Source: an uncultured Staphylococcaceae bacterium
GTDB lineage: Bacteria; Bacillota_I; Bacilli_A; RFN20; CAG-826
Assembly: GCA_964608215.1 (NCBI GenBank)
Contig: CAZSMV010000001.1
Location: 68,083 to 132,082, forward strand
DNA: 64,000 bases
Direction: 5' to 3'
Part shown: one piece after another, positions 8,651-17,699 of the stretch
How the letters are laid out: every line of letters begins with the position of its first letter
How positions within the stretch are numbered: position 1 is the first letter of the stretch
The notes under the pieces: model-generated
What the model saw: the letters and a program-made list of their open reading frames with translations, nothing else
What the model was told of the DNA's origin: nothing
Database searches by the model: none
Program-made: the position numbers and the translations under genes

Positions 8651-9764
8651 AGTTAAACGTTGCTACCATTGTGGAGCAATACTTCAAGAAACGGATCCTG
8701 ATAAACCAGGTTATATCAGTTCTAAGATTGTTGATAAGTATCCAGATGATGCTTTATTACTTTGTGATGCTTGTTATAAAAGTGAAAAACTTGAAAATCC
8801 TCAAGAAGTATTAATTGATAAAGATTATTATGAAATACTTGAACAAATTAAACAAAATCAAGCTTTGGTTGTTTATGTTGTAGATTTATTTTCCTTTGAA
8901 GGTTCATTTATTAGGGAAGTTAATGAAAAACTAAAAGGCTGTAATGTTCTAGCCGTTGGAAATAAGCGTGATCTATTTGCAGATAATGTTGACGATGAAG
9001 AGTTGCTCAAATATGTTGAACATAGATTAAGAGTTGCAAAACTTGATGTGAAAGATGTTGTATTAACATCTACTACTAAAGATTGCGGTTATAACATAGG
9101 CTTAATGTATGAAAAGATACAAAAATTAGGTGCTGGGAAAGATGTCTATTTTGTAGGTGCTAGTGTTAGTGGCAAATCTATGTTAATTCAAGAACTACTA
9201 AAAAACTACAATAATACTACTAATGAATTCATTATTACATATACATTTCCTAACACTAAATTGAGAGGGTTTAAAATACCATTAGGGAACAAACATTATA
9301 TTTATGAAATGCCAGGTTTATCAATTGAAAATTCTTTAATTAGTAAAGTAGATTTAGCTGTTGCTAAAAGAATTACTCCAAATAGAACTTTATTGCCAAG
9401 AAGTTTTAAATTAAGTGCTAATTTATCAATTATGTTTGGTGGTTTAGCTTTAGTTGAATTAATTGAAGGATCTCAAACTAATATAGATGTTTATTGTTCT
9501 AGATTAGTTGAGTTAAAAACAGCAAAACTTGGCGAAGAAAAGTTTTTACATGTTTTGTCTAGATATTCATTAAAACCATGTTATGAAAAATTTAAGACAT
9601 TTGCAGATTTTGATGTTTATGATTTAAAAATTGAAGAAAGTGGTGATCGTGACGTTGGAATTTTAGGATTGGGATGGTTCCATTTTCAAGGAAATAATCA
9701 AGTTTTCCGCGTTTTTGTGCCAAAAGGAGTCTACGTTTATACAACACGTAGTAAGATAAAATAA
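8634..9764 (+). CDS. yqeH: ribosome biogenesis GTPase YqeH
   Basis: N-terminal CYHCG...CDAC zinc ribbon followed by a circularly permuted GTPase (GNKRD..., GASVSGKS). The track start at 8616 is a TTG; I prefer the ATG at 8634, seven nt after GGAGGG. Confidence 0.85.
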   Translation: MPNISKVKRCYHCGAILQETDPDKPGYISSKIVDKYPDDALLLCDACYKSEKLENPQEVLIDKDYYEILEQIKQNQALVVYVVDLFSFEGSFIREVNEKLKGCNVLAVGNKRDLFADNVDDEELLKYVEHRLRVAKLDVKDVVLTSTTKDCGYNIGLMYEKIQKLGAGKDVYFVGASVSGKSMLIQELLKNYNNTTNEFIITYTFPNTKLRGFKIPLGNKHYIYEMPGLSIENSLISKVDLAVAKRITPNRTLLPRSFKLSANLSIMFGGLALVELIEGSQTNIDVYCSRLVELKTAKLGEEKFLHVLSRYSLKPCYEKFKTFADFDVYDLKIEESGDRDVGILGLGWFHFQGNNQVFRVFVPKGVYVYTTRSKIK

Positions 9765-10063
9765 TGCTTAATGCAAAAGAAAAAGCTGCTTTAAAAAAGT
9801 ATGCACAACAAAATAAAGTTTTAAAATTTCCAATAGGAAAAGATACTATTGATAATAATGTTATCAATATGTTGAATAATGCTATTATTAAACATGAGCT
9901 TATAAAAGTATCATTCTTAAAAAGTTCGATACAATCAGTTCCTTTAGAAGAATTATTATTAGATATTAGTAGTGGACTTCATTGTGAAGTTGTTCAAACT
10001 ATTGGTAATACTGCTTTGCTATATAAGAAAAATCCAAAATTAAATAATTCCATTAAATTTTAA
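9764..10063 (+). CDS. yhbY: YhbY/YqeI CRM-domain RNA-binding protein
   Basis: 99 aa in the conserved position. The start overlaps the yqeH stop (TAATG). Confidence 0.75.
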   Translation: MLNAKEKAALKKYAQQNKVLKFPIGKDTIDNNVINMLNNAIIKHELIKVSFLKSSIQSVPLEELLLDISSGLHCEVVQTIGNTALLYKKNPKLNNSIKF

Positions 10064-10068
10064 TTTTT

Positions 10069-11094
10069 ATGCGAAACATAATTTATATTTCTTCTTTTGA
10101 TCCTATTGATTGTGTAGATATTGAGAATATTATAACTTTTAACAAACATAATACTAAATACTTTTTTATATTACCATTTTCAAAATTTACAAGTTTTGAA
10201 GATAGGGTGAAAATGATTAAATTAGCTTTAAATGGTTTAAATATTAATTATGAAATAGATTCTTTTTTAAATGATAGGTATCATGATTCTATTGATTTAA
10301 TCGAACTTTTTAAAAAATATCATAATAGTGGAGTTGATAATTTATACTTGGTAGTTTATGGTGTAAAACCAACTTTAATTGATGAGAACAAATTATCAAA
10401 AATAAATCAAAAATTAAATTTATTTGATGATAATATGAATTATTCTCATGATATTAGAACATTAAAAAGTTTAAAAACTGATGGTCAAGTTATTGATTAT
10501 ATTATATGTCATAATCTTTATTTTATGAAAATTATAACAAGATATATAAGTGGACATAGGTTAAATCATTCAATAAGTGTTGCTAAAACTGCTTATCAAA
10601 TCGCTTTAAAAAACAATTTGATAAGACCAGATGAATATTTTATTGCAGGATTACTTCATGATATTGGCAAGCATGTTAGTGTAGAAGAATCTTTAAATTA
10701 TATGGAAAAATATTTTAGATCTTATCTTGATTTACCAAGCTATTCTTATCATCAATTTGTTGGTGCTTTTTTGGCTAAGCAACTATTCCCTAATATATCT
10801 ATTGATGTTTATAAGGCTATTTTAACTCATTGTACCGGTGCGATTAATATGTCTCCGATTCAAAAAGTCGTCTATGCATCGGATAAAATAGAACCAACAA
10901 GGGGTTACGATAGTAAATTTTTAATTGAAAGTTGCGAAAAAGATTTTAATACTGGTTTTCTTGAAGTCTTGTTTGAAAATATTCAATTCTTAGGTTTAAG
11001 TGCTGCTAAAGAGGAAACAAATAATAGACTTACTAAGGAATGTGCAGAATTTTACTTAAAAAATAAAAAAATACGAAGGGATCATACAAAATGA
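10069..11094 (+). CDS. fusion of a degenerate NadD-like nucleotidyltransferase domain (N-terminal ~170 aa) with a YqeK HD-domain hydrolase (C-terminal ~170 aa)
   Basis: The C-terminal half has GLLHDIGKH and HC...ASDKIEP, i.e. the YqeK HD fold. The N-terminal half aligns to NadD but reads IYISSFDPIDCVD where NadD has GGTFDPxHxGH. The gene sits in the nadD-yqeK slot. Confidence 0.7.
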   Translation: MRNIIYISSFDPIDCVDIENIITFNKHNTKYFFILPFSKFTSFEDRVKMIKLALNGLNINYEIDSFLNDRYHDSIDLIELFKKYHNSGVDNLYLVVYGVKPTLIDENKLSKINQKLNLFDDNMNYSHDIRTLKSLKTDGQVIDYIICHNLYFMKIITRYISGHRLNHSISVAKTAYQIALKNNLIRPDEYFIAGLLHDIGKHVSVEESLNYMEKYFRSYLDLPSYSYHQFVGAFLAKQLFPNISIDVYKAILTHCTGAINMSPIQKVVYASDKIEPTRGYDSKFLIESCEKDFNTGFLEVLFENIQFLGLSAAKEETNNRLTKECAEFYLKNKKIRRDHTK

Positions 11095-11408
11095 ATAAAT
11101 TTGAAAAAGAAATTTTAAAAGCTATTGATGATAGGAAGGCAGAAGATATTAAATTTTATGATGTTAGGGGAGTAAATCCTCTTTGTGATTCAATTTTTAT
11201 TTGTACAGCATTGAATGAAAGAAATTTATTTGGCATTGAAAATGCCGTTGAAGAAGCTGCTGAAAAATTAAATCTTAAAATTAATCATATTGAAGGTCGC
11301 AATGATTCAAAATGGGTTATAGTCGATCTTAATGATATTATCGTTCACATTTTAACTAGAGACGAGCGTGAACGATTAGCTTTAGATGATATCATTAAAA
11401 TAAAGTAA
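11091..11408 (+). CDS. rsfS: ribosomal silencing factor RsfS (Iojap/YqeL)
   Basis: 105 aa with FYDVRGVNPLCDSIFICTA...VHIL. Last gene of the yqe cluster. Confidence 0.85.
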   Translation: MNKFEKEILKAIDDRKAEDIKFYDVRGVNPLCDSIFICTALNERNLFGIENAVEEAAEKLNLKINHIEGRNDSKWVIVDLNDIIVHILTRDERERLALDDIIKIK

Positions 11409-11705
11409 CTTTATACATAGTCCTAAATGTTTTTTGATTTAATAGGTTTAGTTTTCCAGTGTGTAAGCATAGGAAGGAAGATTTGTTATCAATTATATTG
11501 AAATTTTGTTATATTATTAACTTCGCATAATATCTATTATGTTAAGTTAAAACACAAAAAAGACCGATTAAATCAATTCTTTTTTAAAATAATTATTTTT
11601 TAAAAATGTAAAATATCAAATTTTTATTTGGATATTTTAGAAAAAAATAATAAAAATTAAATGCTAATTTAATACTAGATTATTACTAAAATTAATATAT
11701 AAAAT

Positions 11706-12221
11706 TTAAGCACTATGTAAACGTTTTATAAAGCACGGCATTTTAATAACATGTTCAAGTAAAGATCTATATAAATATAGAATATGTATTAAATGACTTT
11801 TTAATACATAACCTATTGGCTCATTATGTACATCATTTATTTCTAATTTGCTTTTCTTATCAAAACGAATTTCATTAATTGCTGCTAAAAATTCGAAATC
11901 ACATGAAATTTGTGGAATAAAACCAAGTTTATAGCCAGATACAAAATCAGTTTTATTTTTTATTATATATAAAGGACATATTAATATATTTGGTTCATAT
12001 TCGGTTGTTTTTTGCAATGTTAAAAATATTGTAATTTTTCCATCCTTCCGAATATATTTTCGAATTTCGCCTTGCATTGTCGGACGATTGTTTTTTTCTT
12101 TTTCATTGATTAAAAGTTCATTAATTGTTTTATCAGTCCAATTAATTCGGTCAATTAAGTTGTTTGTTTTTTCATAACTTATGCGATAAAGGGTGCTTGA
12201 TTTTTCTTTTTTAGAATCCAT
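11706..12221 (-). CDS. hypothetical protein; weak resemblance to MazF/PemK-fold toxins, with a ~45-aa N-terminal extension
   Basis: Strong SD (AAGGAGGAA, 6 nt before the ATG). By-eye similarity of RPTMQGEI, PNILICPLYIIK and FLAAINEIRFDKKSKL to the MazF blocks RPAVVV, PLVIVAPITS and LEQIRTIDKQRL. No Walker motifs. Confidence 0.5.
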   Translation of the reverse strand: MDSKKEKSSTLYRISYEKTNNLIDRINWTDKTINELLINEKEKNNRPTMQGEIRKYIRKDGKITIFLTLQKTTEYEPNILICPLYIIKNKTDFVSGYKLGFIPQISCDFEFLAAINEIRFDKKSKLEINDVHNEPIGYVLKSHLIHILYLYRSLLEHVIKMPCFIKRLHSA

Positions 12222-12277
12222 AAATTCCTCCTTACATAAGTAATATGTCAGGAATTTAAAAAATTTATCAGATTTTT

Positions 12278-13042
12278 TTAGTTTTTTATTATTTGTTTAG
12301 TTTTGCTGAGCATTAAATCCACTACTCCAAATGCAACCAATGTGATTAATACTATTCCAAAAAGTTCGATATAATCAGCATTTATAGCATATGCTAAATA
12401 TACAAGATGCCCTAATCCTTTAATGCTTTGACTGCCAATAATAATTTCTGACATGATTTCAACTTTCATTGAAAGTCCAACAGATTGAACTAGTCCCAAA
12501 TAAATATAAGGCAATATTGAGGGGATGATTACTTTAAAAATAGAGTTGGATTTATGTAAACCTTCGATTTTTAAAGACATAATGACATATCTATCAATAT
12601 TTTTTATTCCATTTAAAACTGCTTCATATAAAATAGGAAAGACAATTAAAAATACAACTATAAATGTAGAAATAGTAGATTTTACAAACACCAAAAGCAA
12701 CACAGTTACTAACGCAGTTGGAACTACTTTCATAATGGAAATTGTAGGAGAAAGGATTTTCTCGATTGGATCAAATAAACCTGATAAGCAACCTAGAACT
12801 AAAGCTAAAACAAGAGCAAACAATATCGTTATTAAACTGACCCCTAAACTAGTTAATATAGCAAAATAGATTTCTCCACTACTTAAAATTTCTAGTGACT
12901 TTTTTATTGTAGTAATTACATCAGGAAAAACAAATTTCTTATTATATGATAAACTTGCAATTTCCCAAATTAAAAGCAAAATCACAATGCCAATTGTTAT
13001 GAATATACCATTTGAAATGTGATTTTGCTTTTTATTTTTCAT
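12278..13042 (-). CDS. ABC transporter permease (NitT/TauT-like binding-protein-dependent family)
   Basis: Six or more TM segments and an EAA-like loop (LGLVQSVGLSMKVE). It lies downstream of a substrate-binding lipoprotein gene. Confidence 0.8.
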   Translation of the reverse strand: MKNKKQNHISNGIFITIGIVILLLIWEIASLSYNKKFVFPDVITTIKKSLEILSSGEIYFAILTSLGVSLITILFALVLALVLGCLSGLFDPIEKILSPTISIMKVVPTALVTVLLLVFVKSTISTFIVVFLIVFPILYEAVLNGIKNIDRYVIMSLKIEGLHKSNSIFKVIIPSILPYIYLGLVQSVGLSMKVEIMSEIIIGSQSIKGLGHLVYLAYAINADYIELFGIVLITLVAFGVVDLMLSKTKQIIKN

Positions 13043-13056
13043 GCTAATATTTTAGA

Positions 13057-14064
13057 CTATTTTTTGTTAATTTGGAAACCTGCATTGACTGTAGATAAGA
13101 ATTCATTTATATCGTCGAGAGATATCTCTTTGTCTGGGTTTGCAATGCCAAATTTATTTTGACCATTAGCTTGTAGTTTTTTTACAAGATTTGCGTTAAA
13201 ACCATAAGTTGATGACTGATATGTAACATCTCCTGCTTTATTTAATGTTTCAACAACAGTGTCAAGATTTGGCTTATAGACATCTGTCATTTGTCTTTTA
13301 ACATCATTCCAATAAGAAGTCACATAGTTTGGATTCAACTTTAAATATTCATCATTAACAAATAATCCTGCTTGAGGTATATAATCAAATTTACCATCAG
13401 TTATTTCTTTAACTTTGTCATTTAAATTTTTATCAAATTTAATTGTAAGATCTGTAGCTGTGGCTTTAGCTGATGTTAAGGCTGGTTCAGCAATTAAAAA
13501 ATAATCATATTCTACGCCTTCATAAACACCAGCTTTTAGATAAGCGGGCATGTTTGTGTTGTTTTGAACATAACTAATATTTTGCATGTTATCATCAGCA
13601 AATAAATCTTTATAACATGCTTTTAATGCCATGTCAGGAGCATTGCCTTTCATAAAAGTTAAGATTTTATCGCCTTTTTTAGGTTCCCTTTCTAAGGTTC
13701 GACTTACTAAATGAAAATTTCCAGCAGTTAGCATACCCATATATGTATAATTTGCCGTAGATTCAATAACGCTGCCATCTTGAGTGGTATATCCGTTTGT
13801 AAGCTTTAAAGCAGAAACAGAGTCAAAAATAATATAGTTATAATTATTGCCGGCTTTTAATTGAATTGGGATATCAGTATTATTTCCCGCAATATCAATT
13901 TTTTTATTTGCGACACTATCATATACAGCAAGCAAAGGAGCTCCTTTAGGTGCTAAAGTTTCAATTTTTGTATTATTATTGCATGAAGCAAGTCCTAAAC
14001 TAATACCTGCAACACCTAAAATTACAGGTGCAACATTTAAACATAATTTAATTTTATTTTTCAT
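13057..14064 (-). CDS. ABC transporter substrate-binding lipoprotein
   Basis: Signal peptide with lipobox LASC (+1 Cys). 335 aa. SD AAGGGG. Confidence 0.7.
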   Translation of the reverse strand: MKNKIKLCLNVAPVILGVAGISLGLASCNNNTKIETLAPKGAPLLAVYDSVANKKIDIAGNNTDIPIQLKAGNNYNYIIFDSVSALKLTNGYTTQDGSVIESTANYTYMGMLTAGNFHLVSRTLEREPKKGDKILTFMKGNAPDMALKACYKDLFADDNMQNISYVQNNTNMPAYLKAGVYEGVEYDYFLIAEPALTSAKATATDLTIKFDKNLNDKVKEITDGKFDYIPQAGLFVNDEYLKLNPNYVTSYWNDVKRQMTDVYKPNLDTVVETLNKAGDVTYQSSTYGFNANLVKKLQANGQNKFGIANPDKEISLDDINEFLSTVNAGFQINKK

Positions 14065-14099
14065 TTTTTAACCCCTTAGATATTTTATAAGATATTTTT

Positions 14100-15296
14100 T
14101 TAAAATATTTCATTTATTGGTTTGCCAATCATAGTTTTGTCTTTTTCAAGATCGAAGTTTTTAAGTACTGTAGCACCAATATCAGCAAAAGAATCTCTTT
14201 CACCTAAGAACTCCCCTTTATTGAATAATGGTGAGTAAATGAGCAATGGTACTTTTTCTCGAGTATGATCAGTTCCTTTGTACGTTGGATCGTTTCCATG
14301 ATCAGCGGTTACCATTAATAAATCATCTTCTCTTAAATCTTTTATCATTTCACCGAGTCTAACATCAAATTCTTCAATGGCGTTTCCATATCCAATAGGA
14401 TTTCTTCTATGACCAAATTCACTATCGAATTCAACAAGATTGACGAAACAAAAGCCTTCTTTAAAACTTTCTTTTTTTACTAAATCAATAGTTTTATCCA
14501 TGCCATCTTGATTTGAAGTAGTATGAACCGTCTCTGTTACACCAACACCATTAAAAATATCATTAATTTTTCCAACACAACTAACAACATGTCCATTATT
14601 TTTTAAAATGTCCATTGCAGTTACTCCACTAGGAGAAATTGTATAATCATGTCTATTGCTTGTTCTTTTAAAATTATCTTTATTAGTTCCAACATATGGT
14701 CTTGCAATAATTCTTCCAACAAACCATTCAGGCTTCATGCAAAGTTTTCTTGCAATTTCACAACATTTATAAAGTTCATCTAATCCTGTTTTTTCTTCGT
14801 GAGCAGCAATTTGTAAGACTGAATCGCTAGAAGTATAAACAATTAAAGAATTATCTTGCATTTGTTCTTCGCCTAAAACTTTTAATATTTCTGTGCCACT
14901 TGATGCGTAATTGCCAATAATTTTATGTCCTGTTTCTTTTTCAAGTTCATTTATTAGTTCTTTAGGAAAACCGGTATCAGTAAAAGTTTGAAAAGGTTTT
15001 ATGGTTTTAATGCCCATCATTTCCCAATGACCAGTCATGGTATCTTTACCATTACTAGCTTCATTTAATTTAAGACTAAATGATTTTGGGTGTTTTACTT
15101 TATGGCATCCTATAATTTCATCAAGATCTGCAATGCCTAAACTATTTAATACGGGAATGTTTAGACCATCAGGCATTTTTTCGCTAATATGTCCAAAGGT
15201 GTTTGTTCCTAAATCATCAAATTTTTCTGCATCTTTTCCATGTCCTATTCCTGCACTATCCATAACTATAAGAAATATTCTTTTAAATTTGTTCAT
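14100..15296 (-). CDS. deoB: phosphopentomutase
   Basis: Begins MDSAGIG...FGHISE..., the DeoB alkaline-phosphatase-superfamily signature. SD GGAGGA. Confidence 0.9.
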   Translation of the reverse strand: MNKFKRIFLIVMDSAGIGHGKDAEKFDDLGTNTFGHISEKMPDGLNIPVLNSLGIADLDEIIGCHKVKHPKSFSLKLNEASNGKDTMTGHWEMMGIKTIKPFQTFTDTGFPKELINELEKETGHKIIGNYASSGTEILKVLGEEQMQDNSLIVYTSSDSVLQIAAHEEKTGLDELYKCCEIARKLCMKPEWFVGRIIARPYVGTNKDNFKRTSNRHDYTISPSGVTAMDILKNNGHVVSCVGKINDIFNGVGVTETVHTTSNQDGMDKTIDLVKKESFKEGFCFVNLVEFDSEFGHRRNPIGYGNAIEEFDVRLGEMIKDLREDDLLMVTADHGNDPTYKGTDHTREKVPLLIYSPLFNKGEFLGERDSFADIGATVLKNFDLEKDKTMIGKPINEIF

Positions 15297-15329
15297 ATAG
15301 TATCCTCCGAACGACTGACTAATTATAGT

Positions 15330-16214
15330 TTATTTTTTCTTCCAAAACAAATCATATGCATTATGTAAGGTTTTTTCAGATAAATGTGTATAAATTTGTG
15401 TTGTTTCAGCATTTGTATGTCCGAGCATTCTTTGAACAGTTCGTATATTTGCTCCATTTTCTAGAAGATGTGTAGCAAACGAATGTCTTAATGTATGAGG
15501 GGAAATTTCTTTATCAATGCCAGCATCAATAGCGTACTTTTTTATTTGCATAAAGAAATACTGTCTAGATAAAGGTTTACCTCTTTGATTCAAGAAAACA
15601 TAGTTTGAATTTTTGCTATTACTAATATTTTCTCTTACCTCTACTACATACTTTAAAAGGTATTTTATTGCATAATCATCTATAGGAACAATTCTTTCTT
15701 TAGCGCCCTTTCCAAATATAGTTAATATTTTTTCTTGATAATTTATTGATTTATTTTGCAATGAAACAATTTCACTTACGCGTAATCCACTTCCATACAT
15801 TAATTCAAGCATGGCTTTATCACGAATGCCGCCAGGTTTTTCAAGATTAGGAGCATCTAACAAATTATTTATCTCATCTTCATTTAAAACGATTGGAATA
15901 TGTTTTTCTTTTTTTGGCATTATCACTTCTTTAACTAGATTTTCTTTAATTCCTTCTCTTTCAAGGAATATATAAAAAGATTTAATTGTTGAAATTCTTC
16001 TAGATATCGAGCTTGCTTTTAGTTCATCAACACTTTGTTTATAAATAAAATTATCGATATCTTCATTTGTCAAATCTTTCGTATCCTTTATATAAGGAAA
16101 ATATTTAAAAAAGCAATTAAAATCATCTTTATAATCTTGCAAAGTTCCTTTTAATAGTCCTTTTTCAAAAAGCGAATATTGTAAAAATCTTTCGATAGCA
16201 TCATTAATATTCAT
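15330..16214 (-). CDS. tyrosine site-specific recombinase, XerC/XerD-like
   Basis: C-terminal catalytic box HTLRHSFATHLLENGANIRTVQRMLGH..TQIYTH with R..H..R/H..Y. 294 aa in housekeeping context. Confidence 0.85.
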   Translation of the reverse strand: MNINDAIERFLQYSLFEKGLLKGTLQDYKDDFNCFFKYFPYIKDTKDLTNEDIDNFIYKQSVDELKASSISRRISTIKSFYIFLEREGIKENLVKEVIMPKKEKHIPIVLNEDEINNLLDAPNLEKPGGIRDKAMLELMYGSGLRVSEIVSLQNKSINYQEKILTIFGKGAKERIVPIDDYAIKYLLKYVVEVRENISNSKNSNYVFLNQRGKPLSRQYFFMQIKKYAIDAGIDKEISPHTLRHSFATHLLENGANIRTVQRMLGHTNAETTQIYTHLSEKTLHNAYDLFWKKK

Positions 16215-17425
16215 TATATTTTCTCCAAATCACTAAGTCTCATAAATGTATTTGAATTGGTTTTTCTATTTAATTTACCTATAAGCAAACTTGTTGGATC
16301 TTCTTTTTCATTTTTTTCGTAGTTATCAAACGTTAATTGTTTTGTAACTTCATGTTTTAATTTCAAATTTTTAACTGTGAATCCAATCAATCTAATTAGT
16401 CTCCCATCAAAAGATTTATAAAAAAGTTTTGATGTTGCATTTAGAATTTCATTTGTGTCATCAGTGTATTCACTAAATGATTTTGAAAATGAAGAGACTT
16501 TAAAATTTGTATTTTCATAATCAGCATCTTTAAAACTAATTGTGATGGTTTTTGTTAAAAAACCTTTATTTTTCATATCTAAAATTACATTTTTAGATAT
16601 TTTTAAAAGAAAATTATTCAAATACTCGCGATCGTTTGTATCAGCTATTAAAGTTCTGCTTACACCAATAGATTTTGGTTCCCATGGTTTTGTTTCGACA
16701 ACATCATTACTTTTCCCTTCAAGTTCACAAATATAATAGTCTTTCATGTTTCCAATGACTTCAATAACATCTATGTCGTTTTGCTTTAGCGCCTTATAAA
16801 ATTGTCCAATAGTTTTAATACCTAATGTTTCTAGTTTAGGATAAGTTTTCTTTCCAATTCCAAAAAAGCTTTTTATAGGTAAAGGGAATATAATTTTAGG
16901 TATATCATGTTTTCTAATGATTGTAATACCCATTGGTTTTTTAATATCACTACCCATTTTAGCCAAAAATAAAGTAGAAGCTACTCCAATTGAACATTTT
17001 AATTTGGTTTTTTTGTATAAGCCTTCCTGTATTTCATTTAGCAAAGTATATATATTATTATTATTATTATTATTAATTTTTGAAAAAGTTTCAGTTAGAT
17101 CGACAAAACATTCATCGACCGAAACTTGTTCAACCTTACTAGAAAATTTTTTTATATACGTTATGAATTCTTTTGACATAAGTTCATAAAATTTGAAATC
17201 AACTGGTTTTATTATTAAATTTTTACATAGCATTTTAGCCTGAAAAGTTGGCATTCCACTATTAATTCCATATTTTCTAGCCTCATATGAAGCTGTTGAA
17301 ACAATCCCAGCTCTCCCATCGCCACCTACAATTAGTGGTTTGTTTTCAAGTGTATGATCTTTTATTCTTTCACAAGTAATAAAAAATTGGTTTAAATCTA
17401 TATGTAAAATGATTTTACTACTCAC
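16214..17425 (-). CDS. dinB: DNA polymerase IV (Y-family)
   Basis: N-terminus ILHIDLNQFF..CE (typical DinB/UmuC) and SVDECFVD. Contains an internal poly-Asn tract. Confidence 0.85.
   Translation of the reverse strand: MSSKIILHIDLNQFFITCERIKDHTLENKPLIVGGDGRAGIVSTASYEARKYGINSGMPTFQAKMLCKNLIIKPVDFKFYELMSKEFITYIKKFSSKVEQVSVDECFVDLTETFSKINNNNNNNIYTLLNEIQEGLYKKTKLKCSIGVASTLFLAKMGSDIKKPMGITIIRKHDIPKIIFPLPIKSFFGIGKKTYPKLETLGIKTIGQFYKALKQNDIDVIEVIGNMKDYYICELEGKSNDVVETKPWEPKSIGVSRTLIADTNDREYLNNFLLKISKNVILDMKNKGFLTKTITISFKDADYENTNFKVSSFSKSFSEYTDDTNEILNATSKLFYKSFDGRLIRLIGFTVKNLKLKHEVTKQLTFDNYEKNEKEDPTSLLIGKLNRKTNSNTFMRLSDLEKI
17054..17077. repeat. (ATT)7 trinucleotide microsatellite inside dinB, encoding a poly-Asn run
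   Basis: Plus strand reads ATTATTATTATTATTATTATTAAT. Translated on the minus strand this is NNNNNNN. Confidence 0.9.
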
Positions 17426-17502
17426 ATTACTATTTTAGATTAAAGCCAATATTTAATAAATAAGAAAAAATATTAATATACTAAAAATATACTATAAAAC
17501 AA

Positions 17503-17697
17503 CTATTCAACATATTTCGCAACTTTTTCTTTAGCTTCTTTTAATTCAGTCTCAAGGTCCTTAATTAAAGTTTGTGCTTCTTCGTATATTTTGAGAATTT
17601 CTTCTAGTGATAATTCGTTAGTATCCATAGTTGTGACAATTTCATCTAATCTTTTCATTTTTTCTTCGAATGTTATCTTTTTTTCAACTTTTGGCAT
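17503..17697 (-). CDS. xseB: exodeoxyribonuclease VII small subunit
   Basis: 64-aa coiled-coil protein, FEE.M.RLEEIV, sited directly after xseA. Confidence 0.85.
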   Translation of the reverse strand: MPKVEKKITFEEKMKRLDEIVTTMDTNELSLEEILKIYEEAQTLIKDLETELKEAKEKVAKYVE

Positions 17698-17699
17698 AT

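Noticed and set aside
11409-11705. Small ORFs in the AT-rich tract as a candidate MazE-like antitoxin
   Set aside because: The longest ORFs are about 24 codons on the plus strand, ending at TGA, and under 10 codons on the minus strand. None has a credible start and RBS combination.
15330-16214. Tyrosine recombinase as a marker of an integrated mobile element
   Set aside because: It is a canonical XerC/D-type protein embedded in a tight housekeeping operon (dinB-xer-deoB). There are no flanking direct repeats, no tRNA target, and no phage or IS genes nearby.
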